Origin: Kiritimatiellia bacterium
GTDB lineage: Bacteria > Verrucomicrobiota > Kiritimatiellia > PWTM01
NCBI GenBank assembly: GCA_026417735.1
Contig: JAOACR010000009.1
Location: 423,255-487,254, forward strand
Length of the DNA: 64,000 nt
Direction of reading: 5' to 3'
Shown here: piece after piece, positions 19,452 through 29,554 of the stretch
Position numbering within the stretch: position 1 is the stretch's first letter
How the letters are laid out: every line of letters begins with the position of its first letter
Position numbers and translations under genes: made by a program
Notes under the pieces: model-generated
The model's database searches: none
Told to the model about the DNA's origin: nothing
Seen by the model: only the letters and a program-made list of their open reading frames with translations

Positions 19452-20186
19452 TCAGTCGGCGGCGACCGCCTCGTCGGCGGGGCGGCGCCACGGCGACGCC
19501 CGCGGTCCGAAAATGTCGGTGCCGACGCGGATCATCGTCGCGCCCTCCGCGATCGCAACCTCGAAATCGGCGGACATGCCCATGGAAAGTTCCGGCAGCG
19601 GCGTCCCGCACTGCTGCGTGCAGCGGTCGCGCAGTTCGCGGAGCGCGCGGAAGAACGGCCGCACGTCTTCCGGATCCCGGCAGATCGGCGGCACCGTCAT
19701 GAGGCCCGCCAGCTCGATGCGCGGCAGCCGGTTCGCCTCCCGCACCGCCTCCGCGACCGCGTCGGGCGGGAACCCGAACTTCGAGCGCTCACCGGCAACG
19801 TTCACCTCCAGCAACACGCGGATGCGGCGGCCCTCCTCCGCGGCGATCTGATCCACCCGTCGCAGCAACGGGATCGAATCGACCGAGTGCAACATCGAAA
19901 ACAGCCGCAGCGCGGGGCGGACCTTGTTCGACTGCAGATGCCCGACGAGGTGCCATTCCAGGTGTGCCGGGCACAGCGGGAGCTTCGCCGCGGCCTCCTG
20001 CACGCGGTTCTCGCCGATCACCCGCACGCCGGCGGCGGCCGCGGCGGCGACCGCTTCTGGCGGATGCGTTTTGGCGACCGCCACCAGCGTGATTTCCTCC
20101 GACCGGCGGCCCGCGGCGGCGCAGGCCCGCTCGATCCGCTCACGGACGCGGGCAACGCGATCGGCAATCGAAGCGAGGTCGGTCAT
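19452..20186 (-). CDS. yggS: YggS/PLPBP-family pyridoxal-phosphate homeostasis protein.
   Basis: An alanine-racemase-N-like TIM barrel with the PLP Lys region (VAVAKTHP). The classic yggS-proC adjacency is present. Confidence 0.85.
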   Translation of the reverse strand: MTDLASIADRVARVRERIERACAAAGRRSEEITLVAVAKTHPPEAVAAAAAAGVRVIGENRVQEAAAKLPLCPAHLEWHLVGHLQSNKVRPALRLFSMLHSVDSIPLLRRVDQIAAEEGRRIRVLLEVNVAGERSKFGFPPDAVAEAVREANRLPRIELAGLMTVPPICRDPEDVRPFFRALRELRDRCTQQCGTPLPELSMGMSADFEVAIAEGATMIRVGTDIFGPRASPWRRPADEAVAAD

Positions 20187-20248
20187 CCTCGGCAACGTTG
20201 TGCGCGGGCATCATCGGACGCTCCGCCGTGAAGTCAATCCGCGCGCGG

Positions 20249-21025
20249 TCACCGTCGGGGTGTGTTCGCGTCCGCGGGCGCGGCGCCGGTCGGCACAACG
20301 GCGGCGGGTGCGGGCGGGTTCGTCGACGTGGCCAGCGGTGGGGGCAGACCGGTTTCGACGAGTTTCTGCGCCGCGCGGCGTTTCTGCTCGAGCACCTTCA
20401 GACCCGCTTCTGCGACGCCGGCAAACGGCCCCTCCGGGTGTAGCGCCAGATATTCCTCGTAGGCCTGCCGCGCCTCCGTGTATCGTCCCATCTGCTCAAA
20501 GGTGCGCGCGCGGCCGAGCAACGCGAGCGAACCCTGCAGCGAGGTGCTCTCGCGGGACCGCACCGCCTCATAGATCTTCAGCGCCTCCTCCAGCCGGCCG
20601 ATCGCTTCCAGGCAGGTGGCGCGGTTCACCTCCGCAACGGGCGCCAGCGGGTGCTGGGGATAGTCCTTGAGAAACTGTGCGTAGCGCTTCTCTGCTTCCT
20701 CGTAACGGCCGTTGTGGAAGTCGAGCCGGGCCAGTGCGAGCCCCCCGATCGGCGCACTGGAGGTGCGGCGATATTTTTCCACCAACTTCTCAATCTGCTC
20801 GACCCGTCCGCTGGTGAGCAGCCGAGCCGCTTCCTCCTCCGCGGCGCGCCGGCGTTGGCGGACGAACCCCACCGCAACCACGATCACGATCGCGATCGCG
20901 GCGCCCAGCAGCAGCGGGCGGCCGTAGTCGCGCAGCAGGCTTTGCCAGTCCAGCGGGGCGCTCTCTGCGGGAGCGGCCGCGCCGGGCGGACCGGACTTCG
21001 CCGGCGGACGATGCTCATCCGTCAT
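20249..21025 (-). CDS. Membrane-anchored TPR-repeat protein (YbgF/CpoB-like).
   Basis: A TM anchor (LLLGAAIAIVIVVAVGF) followed by TPR-like repeats (EEAEKRYAQFLKDYPQHPLAPVA...). Confidence 0.5.
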   Translation of the reverse strand: MTDEHRPPAKSGPPGAAAPAESAPLDWQSLLRDYGRPLLLGAAIAIVIVVAVGFVRQRRRAAEEEAARLLTSGRVEQIEKLVEKYRRTSSAPIGGLALARLDFHNGRYEEAEKRYAQFLKDYPQHPLAPVAEVNRATCLEAIGRLEEALKIYEAVRSRESTSLQGSLALLGRARTFEQMGRYTEARQAYEEYLALHPEGPFAGVAEAGLKVLEQKRRAAQKLVETGLPPPLATSTNPPAPAAVVPTGAAPADANTPRR

Positions 21026-21231
21026 CGGGGTGCCCTCGGTGCACAGGCGCCGCATCGTGCCGTGTGGCGAGCCCAAATGCAAGCGGACGGCGGCCTCCAT
21101 GGATGGGAGGCGTTCCGGGGCGAGCGGTCCAACGTCGGGATGCCGTTGCAGGGCGCCTGGTTGAAGGCCGGCCATCCATCCGATAGTGTGGAGAGTCGCG
21201 TTGGAGGGCGGTGGGCGGCGAAAGGGTCAGC

Positions 21232-23226
21232 ATGAACCTGCAACTGGTGGCGAACACGATCCGCGGGCTGGCGATGGACGCGGTGGAGCGGGCGAAGTCC
21301 GGCCATCCGGGGATGCCGATGGGTATGGCGGACGTCGCGGCGGTGTTGTGGCTGAAGTACTTGAAACACGATCCGGCCGATCCGGACTGGCCAGACCGCG
21401 ACCGCTTCGTGTTGTCGGCGGGGCACGGCTCAATGCTGCTCTACAGCCTATTGCACCTGGCCGGCTACGATCTTCCGATCGAGGAGCTTCAGCGGTTCCG
21501 CCAGCTCGGCAGCCGCACGCCCGGGCATCCGGAGCACGGCGACACGCCGGGCGTCGAGACCACGACCGGTCCGCTCGGGCAGGGCAGCGGCAACGCGGTG
21601 GGGATGGCGATCGCTGAGCGGATGCTCGCGGCGCGGTTCAACGTCGCGGGCGAACCGCCGGTGGTGGACCACCGCACCTGGGTGATCGCGGGCGACGGCT
21701 GCCTGATGGAGGGTATTTCACACGAGGTGTTTTCGCTGGCGGGGCACCTGCGGCTGGGACGGCTGATCGTGTTCTACGACTCGAACCGCATCACGATTGA
21801 AGGTTCCACTGAGCTGGCCTGCAGCGACGACGCGCGGCGCCGGTTCGAGGCGTACGGCTGGGCGGTGCAGGAGATTGACGGTCACGACTTCGCGCAGATC
21901 GAGGCGGCGATCGAACGGGCGTTGGCCTCGGAAGATCGGCCGCACCTCATCCTCACGCACACGCACATCGCGCAAGGTGCGCCGCACCTGCGCGACTCGC
22001 ACGAGGCCCACGGCGCGCCGCTGGGACCGGAAGAGGTGCGTGCAGCGAAACTGAACCTGGGGCTACCCACCGACCGCGAGTTCTATGTGCCGGACGAGGT
22101 GCGCGCCATGTTTGCGGCGCGGCGCGAACAGATGGCCGCGCTGCACGAACGATGGCGGAGGACCTTCCGCCGTTGGAAGGCCGCGCACCCCGAGCTCGCC
22201 GCACAGTGGTCCGCCGCAATGAAGGGCGAGATACCGTCGGACATCGAGTCGGCGCTCCCCACCTTCGACCCCGCCAAGCCGGTGGCAACGCGGGCGGCCT
22301 CGGGTAAGACGCTGCAAGCGCTCGCCCCCCGAATCCCATGGCTGGTCGGCGGCTCCGCGGACCTGGCGCCGAGCAACAACACGTACCTGACCGGTTTGGG
22401 CGACATCGCGGCCGGCGCCTTCGGAGGTCGCAACTTCCACTTCGGTGTGCGCGAGCACGGCATGGCGGCGATCATGAACGGCATCGCGCTGCACGGGGGG
22501 TTCCGCATCTACGGCGCGACGTTCCTGGTGTTCAGCGACTACGCCCGGCCTGCGATCCGGCTCGCCGCGATGATGAGGCTGCCAGTGATCTATGTGTTCA
22601 CGCACGACAGCATCTTCGTGGGTGAGGACGGCCCCACGCACCAGCCGATCGAGCACATGGCTGCGCTGCGGGCGATTCCGAACCTCGTGGTGATCCGGCC
22701 GGCCGACGCCGCGGAAACTGCCGCCGCCTGGGCGGTGGCACTGCGCCATCGCGAGGGGCCGGTCGCGCTGCTGCTGACGCGTCAGGCGGTACCGGTGCTG
22801 GACCGCGCCTCGCTGCCGCCCGCCTCGGAAATCGCGCGAGGCGGCTACGTGCTGTGGGAAAGTCGGCCGGGCTCAAAGCCGGAACTGGTGATCATCGCGA
22901 CAGGATCCGAGGTGGCGCCGTCCTTGGAAGCGGCCCGGCAGCTTGCGCAGCAGGATGGCCGGGCGGTGCGCGTCGTGAACCTCGCCTCCTGGGAGCTGTT
23001 CGAGCGGCAGCCGCGCACGTACCGCAACCGCGTCATTCCGCCGGGTTGCCGGCGACGGCTCGCGGTGGAAGCGGGCTGGCCGCTCGGGTGGGAGCGGTAC
23101 GTCGGGCTGTCCGGCCGCGTGCTGGGCATCCGTCGGTTCGGCGCCTCCGGACCGGCGAAGGCGGTGGGCGAGTTTTTCGGCATGACCACCGCGCACATCC
23201 TGGCGGCCGCGCGCGAGATGTTCTAG
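21232..23226 (+). CDS. tkt: Transketolase.
   Basis: A TPP-binding N-terminal domain ([30 protein letters not shown]) plus pyrimidine-binding and C-terminal domains. Full length is about 664 aa. Confidence 0.9.
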   Translation: MNLQLVANTIRGLAMDAVERAKSGHPGMPMGMADVAAVLWLKYLKHDPADPDWPDRDRFVLSAGHGSMLLYSLLHLAGYDLPIEELQRFRQLGSRTPGHPEHGDTPGVETTTGPLGQGSGNAVGMAIAERMLAARFNVAGEPPVVDHRTWVIAGDGCLMEGISHEVFSLAGHLRLGRLIVFYDSNRITIEGSTELACSDDARRRFEAYGWAVQEIDGHDFAQIEAAIERALASEDRPHLILTHTHIAQGAPHLRDSHEAHGAPLGPEEVRAAKLNLGLPTDREFYVPDEVRAMFAARREQMAALHERWRRTFRRWKAAHPELAAQWSAAMKGEIPSDIESALPTFDPAKPVATRAASGKTLQALAPRIPWLVGGSADLAPSNNTYLTGLGDIAAGAFGGRNFHFGVREHGMAAIMNGIALHGGFRIYGATFLVFSDYARPAIRLAAMMRLPVIYVFTHDSIFVGEDGPTHQPIEHMAALRAIPNLVVIRPADAAETAAAWAVALRHREGPVALLLTRQAVPVLDRASLPPASEIARGGYVLWESRPGSKPELVIIATGSEVAPSLEAARQLAQQDGRAVRVVNLASWELFERQPRTYRNRVIPPGCRRRLAVEAGWPLGWERYVGLSGRVLGIRRFGASGPAKAVGEFFGMTTAHILAAAREMF

Positions 23227-23254
23227 CCGCCGGGTCCGCACACGGGAGGGGCGG

Positions 23255-23941
23255 GTGACGAGAGAGACGGAGGACCGCATCGCGTCGGATCGGGGGCCGG
23301 TCGGGCGGGCGGTCGCGTTCGGGGTGGTCTCCGTGCTGCTGCTGGCCGCCAGCGTGCTGCTGCCGCTGCGCGAGTGGTGGCAGGTCGAGCGGCTGGTGGA
23401 GCTCGGGCGCCGGCTCGGCCCCTGGGGGCCGGTCGCGATCGTGGTGGTCGGGCTCGTCGCCCCGCTGCTGATGCTGCCGCGCTGGCCGATCGCGGTGGTC
23501 AGTGGCCTGCTGTACGGCATTGGACCCGGAGCGGCGCTCGCGAACACCGCTTCGACTTTGGGGGCGCTGATGCACTACGCGCTGGCCCGTTCGATGCTCG
23601 CTCCATGGTGCCGATCGCTGCTGGAGCGGCGCCGCAGCCGCTGGCTCAACATCCCGCCCGGCCGGGCATTTGCGGCGCTGGTACTGCTGCGCGCCTTTCC
23701 GCTCTCGAACTTCGTCGCGACAAACATTCTGGCCGGCACGCTGCGGGTACCGGCGAGCACCTACCTGGCGGCGAGCTTTCTGGGTATGATTCCCTCGTCG
23801 GTGATGTATGCAGCCTGGGGGCGCGCAATTCGCCGGCCCTCGCCGGCATCGGTGGCGCTGGCCCTGGGGTTGCTGGGCGTGCTGCTGGTGGGCAGCTGGC
23901 TCATGCGGCGGCGCGGCCCGCCAGGAGCGAGCGGAGCATGA
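23255..23941 (+). CDS. DedA/TVP38/TMEM64-family membrane protein.
   Basis: A GTG start preceded by a GGGAGGGG RBS, multiple TM helices, and a DedA-like signature (LLRAFPLSNFVATNILAGTLRVPASTYL). Confidence 0.6.
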   Translation: MTRETEDRIASDRGPVGRAVAFGVVSVLLLAASVLLPLREWWQVERLVELGRRLGPWGPVAIVVVGLVAPLLMLPRWPIAVVSGLLYGIGPGAALANTASTLGALMHYALARSMLAPWCRSLLERRRSRWLNIPPGRAFAALVLLRAFPLSNFVATNILAGTLRVPASTYLAASFLGMIPSSVMYAAWGRAIRRPSPASVALALGLLGVLLVGSWLMRRRGPPGASGA

Positions 23942-24537
23942 GCGCGGACCTGAGCGTGCTGGACTGGGTGATCGCCGCGCTGCTGGTGCTGGGCGCGGTG
24001 CGAGGAGCGCTGATCGGTCTCTCGCGCCAAATCTTCTCGTTCGTGATGCTGGGCGCCGCGGTGTGGGCCGCCGCGCGCTTCCAGCCCGCGCTCGCACAAC
24101 GCATCGCCGGCTCGGAGGCCCCACCCGACGCGCTCGCCCGCGCACTCGCATACGTGCTGTTGTTCGCGGGCGTGTGCGCGGGCGCGCTGCTGATCCGCCT
24201 CGTCGCGCGGCTCCTCTTCCGGTTCAGCTTCTCGCCATTACTGGAGCGGATCGGTGGTGCGGCGCTCGGGCTGCTCACCACCGCGCTGGGCGCGATTGCC
24301 GCGCTGGTGCTCTTGACGATGATCCCGCACGAGGGCTTGCACCGCGTTGTCGCGGAAGAGTCGTGGGCCGGCCGTCAGGTGACTGGCCTCTTCCCTCGGC
24401 TGTACCGCGAACTGGCGGAGAAATACCCACTGCCCGAATGGGCTCAACAGCTCAGCGATGAGGCCGCGCCGCTGCCGCCGGCAGGCACCACCGCGACCGC
24501 CGCGCCGACCAACGCGCCCGCCCCCGTCGAGCGATGA
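23938..24537 (+). CDS. cvpA: CvpA-family membrane protein (colicin V production protein-like).
   Basis: 199 aa with four TM helices (MSADLSVLDWVIAALLVLGAVRGALIG...). Its start overlaps the dedA stop (ATGA). Confidence 0.55.
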   Translation: MSADLSVLDWVIAALLVLGAVRGALIGLSRQIFSFVMLGAAVWAAARFQPALAQRIAGSEAPPDALARALAYVLLFAGVCAGALLIRLVARLLFRFSFSPLLERIGGAALGLLTTALGAIAALVLLTMIPHEGLHRVVAEESWAGRQVTGLFPRLYRELAEKYPLPEWAQQLSDEAAPLPPAGTTATAAPTNAPAPVER

Positions 24538-24650
24538 GCGCCCGACTGGCTTGCATTTCGCATCGCGCCATGTAGAAGGCGAGGCGGTCCAGCACCCCGG
24601 GCGTTCGGGCCGGCGGGGCGGACCCAAAGATTCAGGAGAGACCCTGGTCC

Positions 24651-25043
24651 ATGAACATACCGCGTGAGCTTCGGTACACGAGCACCCACGAGTGGGTGCG
24701 GGTGAAGGGCGGCGTCGCAACGGTCGGCATCACCGACTACGCGCAGCAGCAGCTCTCGGACATCACCTACGTCGAACTGCCGGACCTCAACGACGAGGTG
24801 AACGTCTCGGACGAGGTCGCGTTTGTCGAATCCGTGAAAGCCGCCTCGGACGTCTATGCGCCGGTGAGCGGCACGATCGTCGAGGTGAACTCCGCGGTCG
24901 CCGAAGAGCCGGACCGCATCAACCGCGACCCGTATGGCGACGGCTGGCTCTTCAAGATCCGGATGAAGAACCCCAAGGAGGTGGCCAGCCTCCTTGACGC
25001 CGACGCCTACGAGGAGCAGCTGCCGCCGGACGAGGAGGAGTGA
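24651..25043 (+). CDS. gcvH: Glycine cleavage system H protein.
   Basis: The lipoyl-lysine motif ESVKAASDV and a full-length H-protein. Confidence 0.9.
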   Translation: MNIPRELRYTSTHEWVRVKGGVATVGITDYAQQQLSDITYVELPDLNDEVNVSDEVAFVESVKAASDVYAPVSGTIVEVNSAVAEEPDRINRDPYGDGWLFKIRMKNPKEVASLLDADAYEEQLPPDEEE

Positions 25044-25801
25044 GCCGGCCGCCCTCGAGCGGTGAGGCCTGGGCGTTCGTCCGCCCCCGGCCCGTCGGCT
25101 ACGCGGAAGCGCTGCGCTGGCAGCTGTCGTTGCATGCCGCCCGGCTGGCTGGCCGGGTTCCGGACGTGGTGCTCTGGTTGGTGCACGAGCCAGTGATCAC
25201 GCTTGGACGTCGGGGCCGGCGGGAAGCATTGCTGCGTACCCCCGAGGAGCTGGCCGCCTGCGGCGTCGAACTGCACGTCGCTTCGCGCGGAGGCGACGCG
25301 ACGTATCACGGACCCGGCCAGTGGGTCGTCTACCCCATTCTGCGCCTGGGGAGAGTCGGCGCGGATGCGCACGGCCACCTCTGGAACCTGGAGGAGCTCT
25401 CCATCCGCACCTGCGCGGACTTCGGCGTCGCGGCCTGGCGCCGCCCCGGCATGGCGGGTGCCTGGACCGCCTCGGGCAAAATCGCCGCGATCGGCTTCCA
25501 TCTGCGCCGCTGGGTCACGCTGCACGGCACCAGCTTCAACGTGGATCCGTGCCCGAACGGCTTCGAGTGGATCGTGCCCTGTGGCCTGCGCGGCGAACCG
25601 GTAGCCTCGCTGCGGACCTGTCTTGGCGGGCATGCGCCGTCGATGGACGCGGTCGCCGAGCGGATGCTCGCCAACTTCGAGCAGGTGTTCGGCCGGCGAC
25701 TGACCGTCTGGCGAGAGGGCGAGGCACTGCCGCCGGAGTTGGCCGCCACGCTGGCCGCTCAGCCGTCCGGCAGCTCCGCGGACTCGCGCGCCTCGAACTG
25801 A
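25040..25801 (+). CDS. lipB: Octanoyltransferase LipB.
   Basis: LipB motifs (HEPVITLGRRG, YHGPGQWVVYPIL, PCGL). Its start overlaps the gcvH stop (ATGA). Confidence 0.85.
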   Translation: MSRPPSSGEAWAFVRPRPVGYAEALRWQLSLHAARLAGRVPDVVLWLVHEPVITLGRRGRREALLRTPEELAACGVELHVASRGGDATYHGPGQWVVYPILRLGRVGADAHGHLWNLEELSIRTCADFGVAAWRRPGMAGAWTASGKIAAIGFHLRRWVTLHGTSFNVDPCPNGFEWIVPCGLRGEPVASLRTCLGGHAPSMDAVAERMLANFEQVFGRRLTVWREGEALPPELAATLAAQPSGSSADSRASN

Positions 25802-26127
25802 TCGCAACTGTCCGTTGCGGCGACGTCGCGCCGGTGCAGCCCGCACCACTGGCGAAAGGGGTTCACCACATAGTGCCGGCAGCGCCGACAGAACCGCGGT
25901 GGCGGCTCGCCGGCAAAAACCCGCGGCGCCACGGGTCGATCCTCCTCGCTGAAGATCGCCGGCTGACGGGGTGCCGGGGACGCCGCCGCCTCCGCTGCGA
26001 CCCGCGCCCCACACCTGGCACACTTGAATTCCTCGCCCACGCGTCGAAATCCTTCGTAGCGAGGGGTCCGGATCCAGAGCGTTTCGTGCCCGCACGCAGG
26101 ACATCGCCCGCCCGCGCTCATGCCCAT
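25759..26127 (-). CDS. Hypothetical zinc-ribbon protein.
   Basis: Two CxxC...CxxC pairs (CPACGH...CARCG and CRRCRH...). It overlaps the lipB 3' end by about 40 nt, so its coding status is uncertain. Confidence 0.35.
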   Translation of the reverse strand: MGMSAGGRCPACGHETLWIRTPRYEGFRRVGEEFKCARCGARVAAEAAASPAPRQPAIFSEEDRPVAPRVFAGEPPPRFCRRCRHYVVNPFRQWCGLHRRDVAATDSCDQFEARESAELPDG

Positions 26128-26160
26128 GTCTCCCGGCGGTCCGGAACGCTGCTGGAGGCC

Positions 26161-26670
26161 TCAGCCGTCATAGAGCTCGTCGCCGCCGCCGTCCGCATCC
26201 CCCAGCGCATCGCCCATTTTCTCCTCGATTTTGTCCGGATCCTCCCCCGACTCGAGCCGACGCACGACCTCTTCCATCTCCCCTTCGAGCGGTTCCCGCG
26301 CGATCGCCGCCATTTCGCGCATCGCGCGGCCGATCGAACGTGGATCGTTCTCGTCCATGTTGTTCAGCAGCGCTTCCATCCGGGCGACGTCCGCCTCCGA
26401 CGGCTCAAAGCCGCCCTCCTCTGCGGCTTCGCCGGCATCCGCTTCCGTCTCCGGTGCCGCGGCGGCGGCCGACGAGTCGTCGTCCGGAGGCGCCGGCGCG
26501 TCCGCGCGCGCCCCTTTCCGGCCGCCGATCACCGTGACGCGGGAAATCACGCGCCGCATCTCCGCCGCGCCGCAACGCGGACACGCCGGCGTCGTGTGCG
26601 AGGCGATGTTGCGAACCAGAAACTGCGAGACACGGCCGCAACGAGCACAGCGATATTCGTAGATCGGCAT
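26161..26670 (-). CDS. FmdB-family zinc-ribbon protein with an acidic C-terminal tail.
   Basis: The N-terminal motif MPIYEYRCARCG...CPRCG is the FmdB/CxxC_CxxC_SSSS type; the C-terminal half is D/E-rich. Confidence 0.55.
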   Translation of the reverse strand: MPIYEYRCARCGRVSQFLVRNIASHTTPACPRCGAAEMRRVISRVTVIGGRKGARADAPAPPDDDSSAAAAAPETEADAGEAAEEGGFEPSEADVARMEALLNNMDENDPRSIGRAMREMAAIAREPLEGEMEEVVRRLESGEDPDKIEEKMGDALGDADGGGDELYDG

Positions 26671-26734
26671 AGCGGTTCTTGGGGGCCTCCGCAGCCCCTG
26701 CTTTCGAACGATCGTAATCGCGAGGCCCAACCGG

Positions 26735-27304
26735 TCAACCGGCCCGCACCGTGCCGGCCGACGCCTCGGTTTCGCGACGCAGTCGCTTCAGGCGGCCGGC
26801 CAGCGCGATCCGGGCCACCGGCGACATACGGTCACTGATGAGAATGCCGTCCAGGTGATCCATTTCGTGCTGTACGCAGCGCGCGGTCAGTCCCCGCAGG
26901 GTCGCTTCGGTGGGCCGTCCATCGAGCCCGAGCCATTGCACCGTGACTTCGACCGGTCGGACAATCGTGGCACGGATGTCGGGAAAGCTCAGGCACCCTT
27001 CCTCTCGCGCCTCCGTCTGCGAGGAGGCGCGCACGATCCGGGGATTGAACATCACGATCGGCATCGACAGGCCCGGGTTCAATGGGCGGCCCTCCGCGTC
27101 GGCATCCGACTCCGGCGGAACCTCGATCACGCACAGCGCGACCGTCTCGCCGACCTGCTGCGCGGCCAGACCGATCCCCTGTTCCGCCCGCATGGTGTCG
27201 ATCATGTCCTCCGCCAGCCGACGGAGGCGCTCGTCCACCTCGCGGACCGGAAGCGCACGGCGCTTCAACACTGGATCGCCGTAGTAACGGAGCGGCAACC
27301 TCAT
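26735..27304 (-). CDS. def: Peptide deformylase.
   Basis: The three PDF motifs are present: GIGLAAQQVG, EGCLSFP and HEMDHLDG. Confidence 0.9.
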   Translation of the reverse strand: MRLPLRYYGDPVLKRRALPVREVDERLRRLAEDMIDTMRAEQGIGLAAQQVGETVALCVIEVPPESDADAEGRPLNPGLSMPIVMFNPRIVRASSQTEAREEGCLSFPDIRATIVRPVEVTVQWLGLDGRPTEATLRGLTARCVQHEMDHLDGILISDRMSPVARIALAGRLKRLRRETEASAGTVRAG

Positions 27305-27356
27305 GCACCCAGACTATACGCCGCGGTCGGCGTCCGTGCCAGATGCGCCGCCTCGG

Positions 27357-29504
27357 TTACTTTGACCAGGCCGGCAGGTTGCGCGGGTCCGGCATCGGTG
27401 CCCGCCGTGCGCGTTCGATCCAGGCGGCGTCGCCACACACTCCTGCGCGGGAGGGGTCGAACGGCTCGAAGCCCAGGGCGAATGCGGGCGAGTCGGGTGC
27501 AAGTGCAAAGTCGCGTGCCGCCGCATTGCGAAATTTCGGGTCGGCCACGATCGAGCCGACCTCCCGCCCAACTGCCATCCACTGGGCGAGAGTCCGGCCG
27601 GCCAGGTTGGTGACCGGTCCGGCGACACACCACCACAGGTTGCTGGCGGAGGTCCATGCGAGCCGGCCCCAACGCTCCGGCGGGTCCAGCGGCGCGCCGG
27701 TGTCCCACAGGATGATGTTCCGCTCTAAAGTCAGGCGCGTGTCCGGCACGTTCACACCGGCGGGGGGCGGGTTCCTGTCATCGATTCGGGTCACCCGAAT
27801 TTGAGCGTAGCGGCTGAAGGCGAGAATGTTGTTGCGCACCACGTTGCCACGGCCGTAGTGCTGGTGAAATGACCCGTCCTTCGTGTCGTGGACGAGATTC
27901 TTCTCGAAGAGAATGCCAGTGCTGCCCTCGTCGGTATAGAGCCCCCAGCCGCCGTAGGTGTGCGCCCAGATGTGGTGAAAGTGGTTGTGGTGCACGCGCG
28001 TGCCCTCGGAACGGCCCAACGTGTAAATGCCGCCCATATCGCTGAGCCAACCCTGGCCGATGTGGTGAACGTGGTTGTAGCCGATGTCGTTCGCCCGGGC
28101 GAAGCTGCGGCCGTAGCCCCAGACCCAGCCCACCGATATGCCGGTGTAAAAAAAGTCCCCCACGTCATTGTGCGTCACCGTGTTGGTGCCACTGTGGCCG
28201 ATCCAGATCCCACAGGCACACGGGAAATGCCGACCCCCGTGGTGGATGATGTTGTTGTGGATGACATTGCCCCACGTCTCCTCGGCCGGCGAGCGGGGAC
28301 TGATGTGGTCGCCGACCTTGACGCCGCCGCCGCCGAGGTCGGACAGCTCGCAGCGCTCGATTCGGCAACGCTGGCATCCGCGGCGGAACCAGACCCCGTG
28401 AGCTCCGGTGTGTCGCAACGTCAGGCCGATCAGCTCCACCTCGCGTGCCCCATCGGCCATCACCGCCGCTTCGATGTTGGCCGCCGCCTGGTGCGGCTCA
28501 AAACCGGAATCGGGTGTCCGGTAATCCGCGTAGAGAAGGTGCAGCCCCTCGATGCGGATCCGTTCGACCCAGCGCCCTGCGGCCGGGTCTCCCTCAAACC
28601 GCAGCAGCGTACCGGTGCGCGCCGCCCACACCTCGGCGTTCTCAGGAGTTTCGCCGGCTCGTGGTCGGTAGCAGAGCGTTCCGTTTGCCTCTACCGACCA
28701 TTCCCCCGGAGCATCGCAAGCGGTGGGCACGTTTTCAAAGTACGCGAGGCATCCTTTCGTGATCGGGTTCCATACCTTCGTTGGCCGGCCGGTGGTGATC
28801 ACCGCGCCGGCGGCCGCGTCCAGTCCCTGAACCCAGCGACGCGTGTGATCCCACTTGTGGTGCACGACCACATGCACGCGAGCCAGCGCTGCGCTGGATA
28901 GTTGCACCAGCGGCGCGAGTTCGGCGGGCGCGAACCGCAGCCGCACCGTGGAGTGGCCGCTGCGCGAGCGGTTCGTGGCGGGCGGTGTCTCCTCCGCGTC
29001 CGCCAGCAGAAAGGCGTTGCCCGCATTGGGATGGCGCGCGCGCACCGCTCGACGGCCGTTCACGTACAAATGCTCAACCGACGCGCCCACACTCGCCGGC
29101 ACCCTCAGTTGCCAGGCGCCCGTGGGCGTCGGCTGAAACCCTTTCAGCCGCACACCGCCCGCGAGCACCGGCGTCTCGCCCGGCCACGCCGCGTAGATGG
29201 TGCGGCCGTGCGGCGGCGGAGAATCCTCCGGCCGAAACACGATCGGCTCCTCCAGTGTCCACACGCCGCCGCGCAGTCCCACGCGGACCTCCGCGCGGTT
29301 CGTCGAGCTCGCCCAAAGCTCGCGCACCGCCGCCTGCGCCCGCCCGATTGTCGCAAATGGCCGCTGCGCAGTTCCCGGCCCGCGGTCATCGCCGTCCGGC
29401 GCAACGACGAAATCCCATGCCGTACCGCCCTCGCCATTCCGCACGGCGGCCACCAGCAGCACCGCCGCGATCCACCATCCTCGAGCAGACCAGCCGGTAC
29501 GCAT
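27357..29504 (-). CDS. Secreted right-handed parallel beta-helix repeat protein (pectin-lyase-fold; polysaccharide hydrolase/lyase-like).
   Basis: A signal peptide, then an N-terminal WDFVVAPDGDDRGPGTAQRPF motif, and repeated beta-helix segments (NNIIHHGG...TNTVTHNDVGDFFYTGISVGW...GGIYTLG). It is a paralog of 31206..33839. Confidence 0.6.
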   Translation of the reverse strand: MRTGWSARGWWIAAVLLVAAVRNGEGGTAWDFVVAPDGDDRGPGTAQRPFATIGRAQAAVRELWASSTNRAEVRVGLRGGVWTLEEPIVFRPEDSPPPHGRTIYAAWPGETPVLAGGVRLKGFQPTPTGAWQLRVPASVGASVEHLYVNGRRAVRARHPNAGNAFLLADAEETPPATNRSRSGHSTVRLRFAPAELAPLVQLSSAALARVHVVVHHKWDHTRRWVQGLDAAAGAVITTGRPTKVWNPITKGCLAYFENVPTACDAPGEWSVEANGTLCYRPRAGETPENAEVWAARTGTLLRFEGDPAAGRWVERIRIEGLHLLYADYRTPDSGFEPHQAAANIEAAVMADGAREVELIGLTLRHTGAHGVWFRRGCQRCRIERCELSDLGGGGVKVGDHISPRSPAEETWGNVIHNNIIHHGGRHFPCACGIWIGHSGTNTVTHNDVGDFFYTGISVGWVWGYGRSFARANDIGYNHVHHIGQGWLSDMGGIYTLGRSEGTRVHHNHFHHIWAHTYGGWGLYTDEGSTGILFEKNLVHDTKDGSFHQHYGRGNVVRNNILAFSRYAQIRVTRIDDRNPPPAGVNVPDTRLTLERNIILWDTGAPLDPPERWGRLAWTSASNLWWCVAGPVTNLAGRTLAQWMAVGREVGSIVADPKFRNAAARDFALAPDSPAFALGFEPFDPSRAGVCGDAAWIERARRAPMPDPRNLPAWSK

Positions 29505-29554
29505 CTTATACCTGCCTCTCCACCGCACCCGCGGACCACCGCGCAAGCCACCCC

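Noticed and set aside
24537-24650. A possible glycine riboswitch upstream of gcvH (a GGAGAGACC element).
   Set aside because: The GGAGAG lies about 10 nt before the ATG and functions as the Shine-Dalgarno sequence.

The 114-nt leader is too short and lacks the paired aptamer features (the two ACCGAAGGGGCAA-type cores).
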